Below, in pieces: positions 23,230-24,000 of a DNA stretch of 24,000 nucleotides. The stretch is from assembly GCF_036846085.1 (NCBI RefSeq), contig NZ_DAIUCO010000018.1:12584-36583 (forward strand), given 5' to 3'. Position numbers and translations under genes: made by a program. The DNA is from Noviherbaspirillum sp. Lineage in GTDB: Bacteria; Pseudomonadota; Gammaproteobacteria; Burkholderiales; Burkholderiaceae_D. The notes under the pieces were generated by a model, which worked only from the letters and a program-made list of their open reading frames with translations, was not told the origin of the DNA and ran no database searches. Position 1 is the first letter of the stretch. Each line of letters begins with the position of its first letter.

Positions 23230-24000
23230 ATGCGGATGGCCGCGATGCTGATGGTCCTTGCCGCTTGCGGCCCGTCGGCACATGCGCAGCCGACGGGCGA
23301 TAGCCGCCTGCCCGGTTCCGCGTTCATGGGCACATCGACGCAGAAGATGCAGCGCGACGACAGCCTCAATCCCGGCATGCTGTGGGTGCAGGAGGGTGAG
23401 GCGCTGTGGAGCCGTAGTGCGGGGAAGAGCGATCGTTCCTGCGCAAGCTGTCATGGCGATGCAAAGACATCGATGCGCGGCGTGGCGGCGCGCTATCCCG
23501 CCTTCGATGCGAAGAGCAAGCGCCTGCTGAATCTCGGCCAGCGCATCAACCAGTGCCGGCAGGAGCGCCAGCAGGCGCCGGCCTTCGCGGCGGAAAGCGA
23601 AGCCTTGCTCGGGCTGGAGAGTTATGTCGCCCTGCAGTCGCGCGGCATGCCGGTGACGCCACCGGGCGATGCGGCGCTGCAGGCGTTTTATGCGCGGGGC
23701 GAGCAGCGCTGGCGACAGCGCATGGGGCAGCTCAATCTCTCCTGCGCGCAATGCCATGATGACTATTGGGGCAAGCGACTTGGGGGCAGCATCATCCCGC
23801 AGGGCCATGCCAGCGGATATCCAATCTATCGTCTCGAATGGCAGGGGATGGGATCGTTGCAGCGGCGCTTGCGGAATTGCATGACAGGCGTGAGGGCGGA
23901 GCCGTTCGCGCTCGGGTCGCAGGAGCTGGTGGAACTGGAGTTGTACCTGGCGAAGAGGGCGAAGGGGATGGCGATGGAGGCGCCGGGGGTGAGGCCTTGA
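23230..24000 (+). CDS. soxA: SoxA-like diheme c-type cytochrome
   Basis: 256 aa with signal peptide MRMAAMLMVLAACGPSAHA. Two heme motifs, CASCHG and CAQCHD. The conserved LQRRLRNCMTGVRAEP block contains the active-site Cys. The stop codon occupies the last three bases of the window. Confidence 0.9.
   Translation: MRMAAMLMVLAACGPSAHAQPTGDSRLPGSAFMGTSTQKMQRDDSLNPGMLWVQEGEALWSRSAGKSDRSCASCHGDAKTSMRGVAARYPAFDAKSKRLLNLGQRINQCRQERQQAPAFAAESEALLGLESYVALQSRGMPVTPPGDAALQAFYARGEQRWRQRMGQLNLSCAQCHDDYWGKRLGGSIIPQGHASGYPIYRLEWQGMGSLQRRLRNCMTGVRAEPFALGSQELVELELYLAKRAKGMAMEAPGVRP

Overview
High-GC chromosomal segment, about 60-70% G+C in the stretches I hand-counted. Its gene content looks Burkholderiales-like: a Bug/TctC-family receptor plus orphan TAXI and LivK-type binding proteins. 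I call 22 protein-coding genes. I could not recognise any rRNA, tRNA, CRISPR array or mobile element. Gene order, left to right: a heme-oxygenase-like iron enzyme (-); an acidic hypothetical and thiD (+); a UPF0126/TRIC-type channel (-); a ~950-bp gene-poor stretch; a REC-GGDEF-EAL response regulator (+); a LivK-type binding protein (+); an AI-2E transporter (-); two tandem monofunctional catalases followed by an ankB-like ankyrin gene (+); a Bug receptor/RraA-like operon (-) with a divergent gntR (+); a pyp-pcl photoreceptor operon (-); a TAXI receptor (+); and a co-directional block (+) of a two-subunit IorAB-type molybdenum hydroxylase, soxX, a SoxY-related carrier, soxZ and soxA. Two loci deserve follow-up. 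(1) A stand-alone photoactive yellow protein is translationally coupled to a short 4-coumarate ligase. That ligase's N-terminus reads like a phosphopantetheine carrier domain (DLGVDSLELL). No tyrosine ammonia-lyase is in the window. (2) The SoxXYZA-like set has a carrier arm ending ...TLAACIEGET instead of the canonical GGCGG. It sits directly behind a TAT-exported Mo-hydroxylase that lacks its usual cytochrome c subunit gene. All family calls come from motif recognition by eye; no database search was run.
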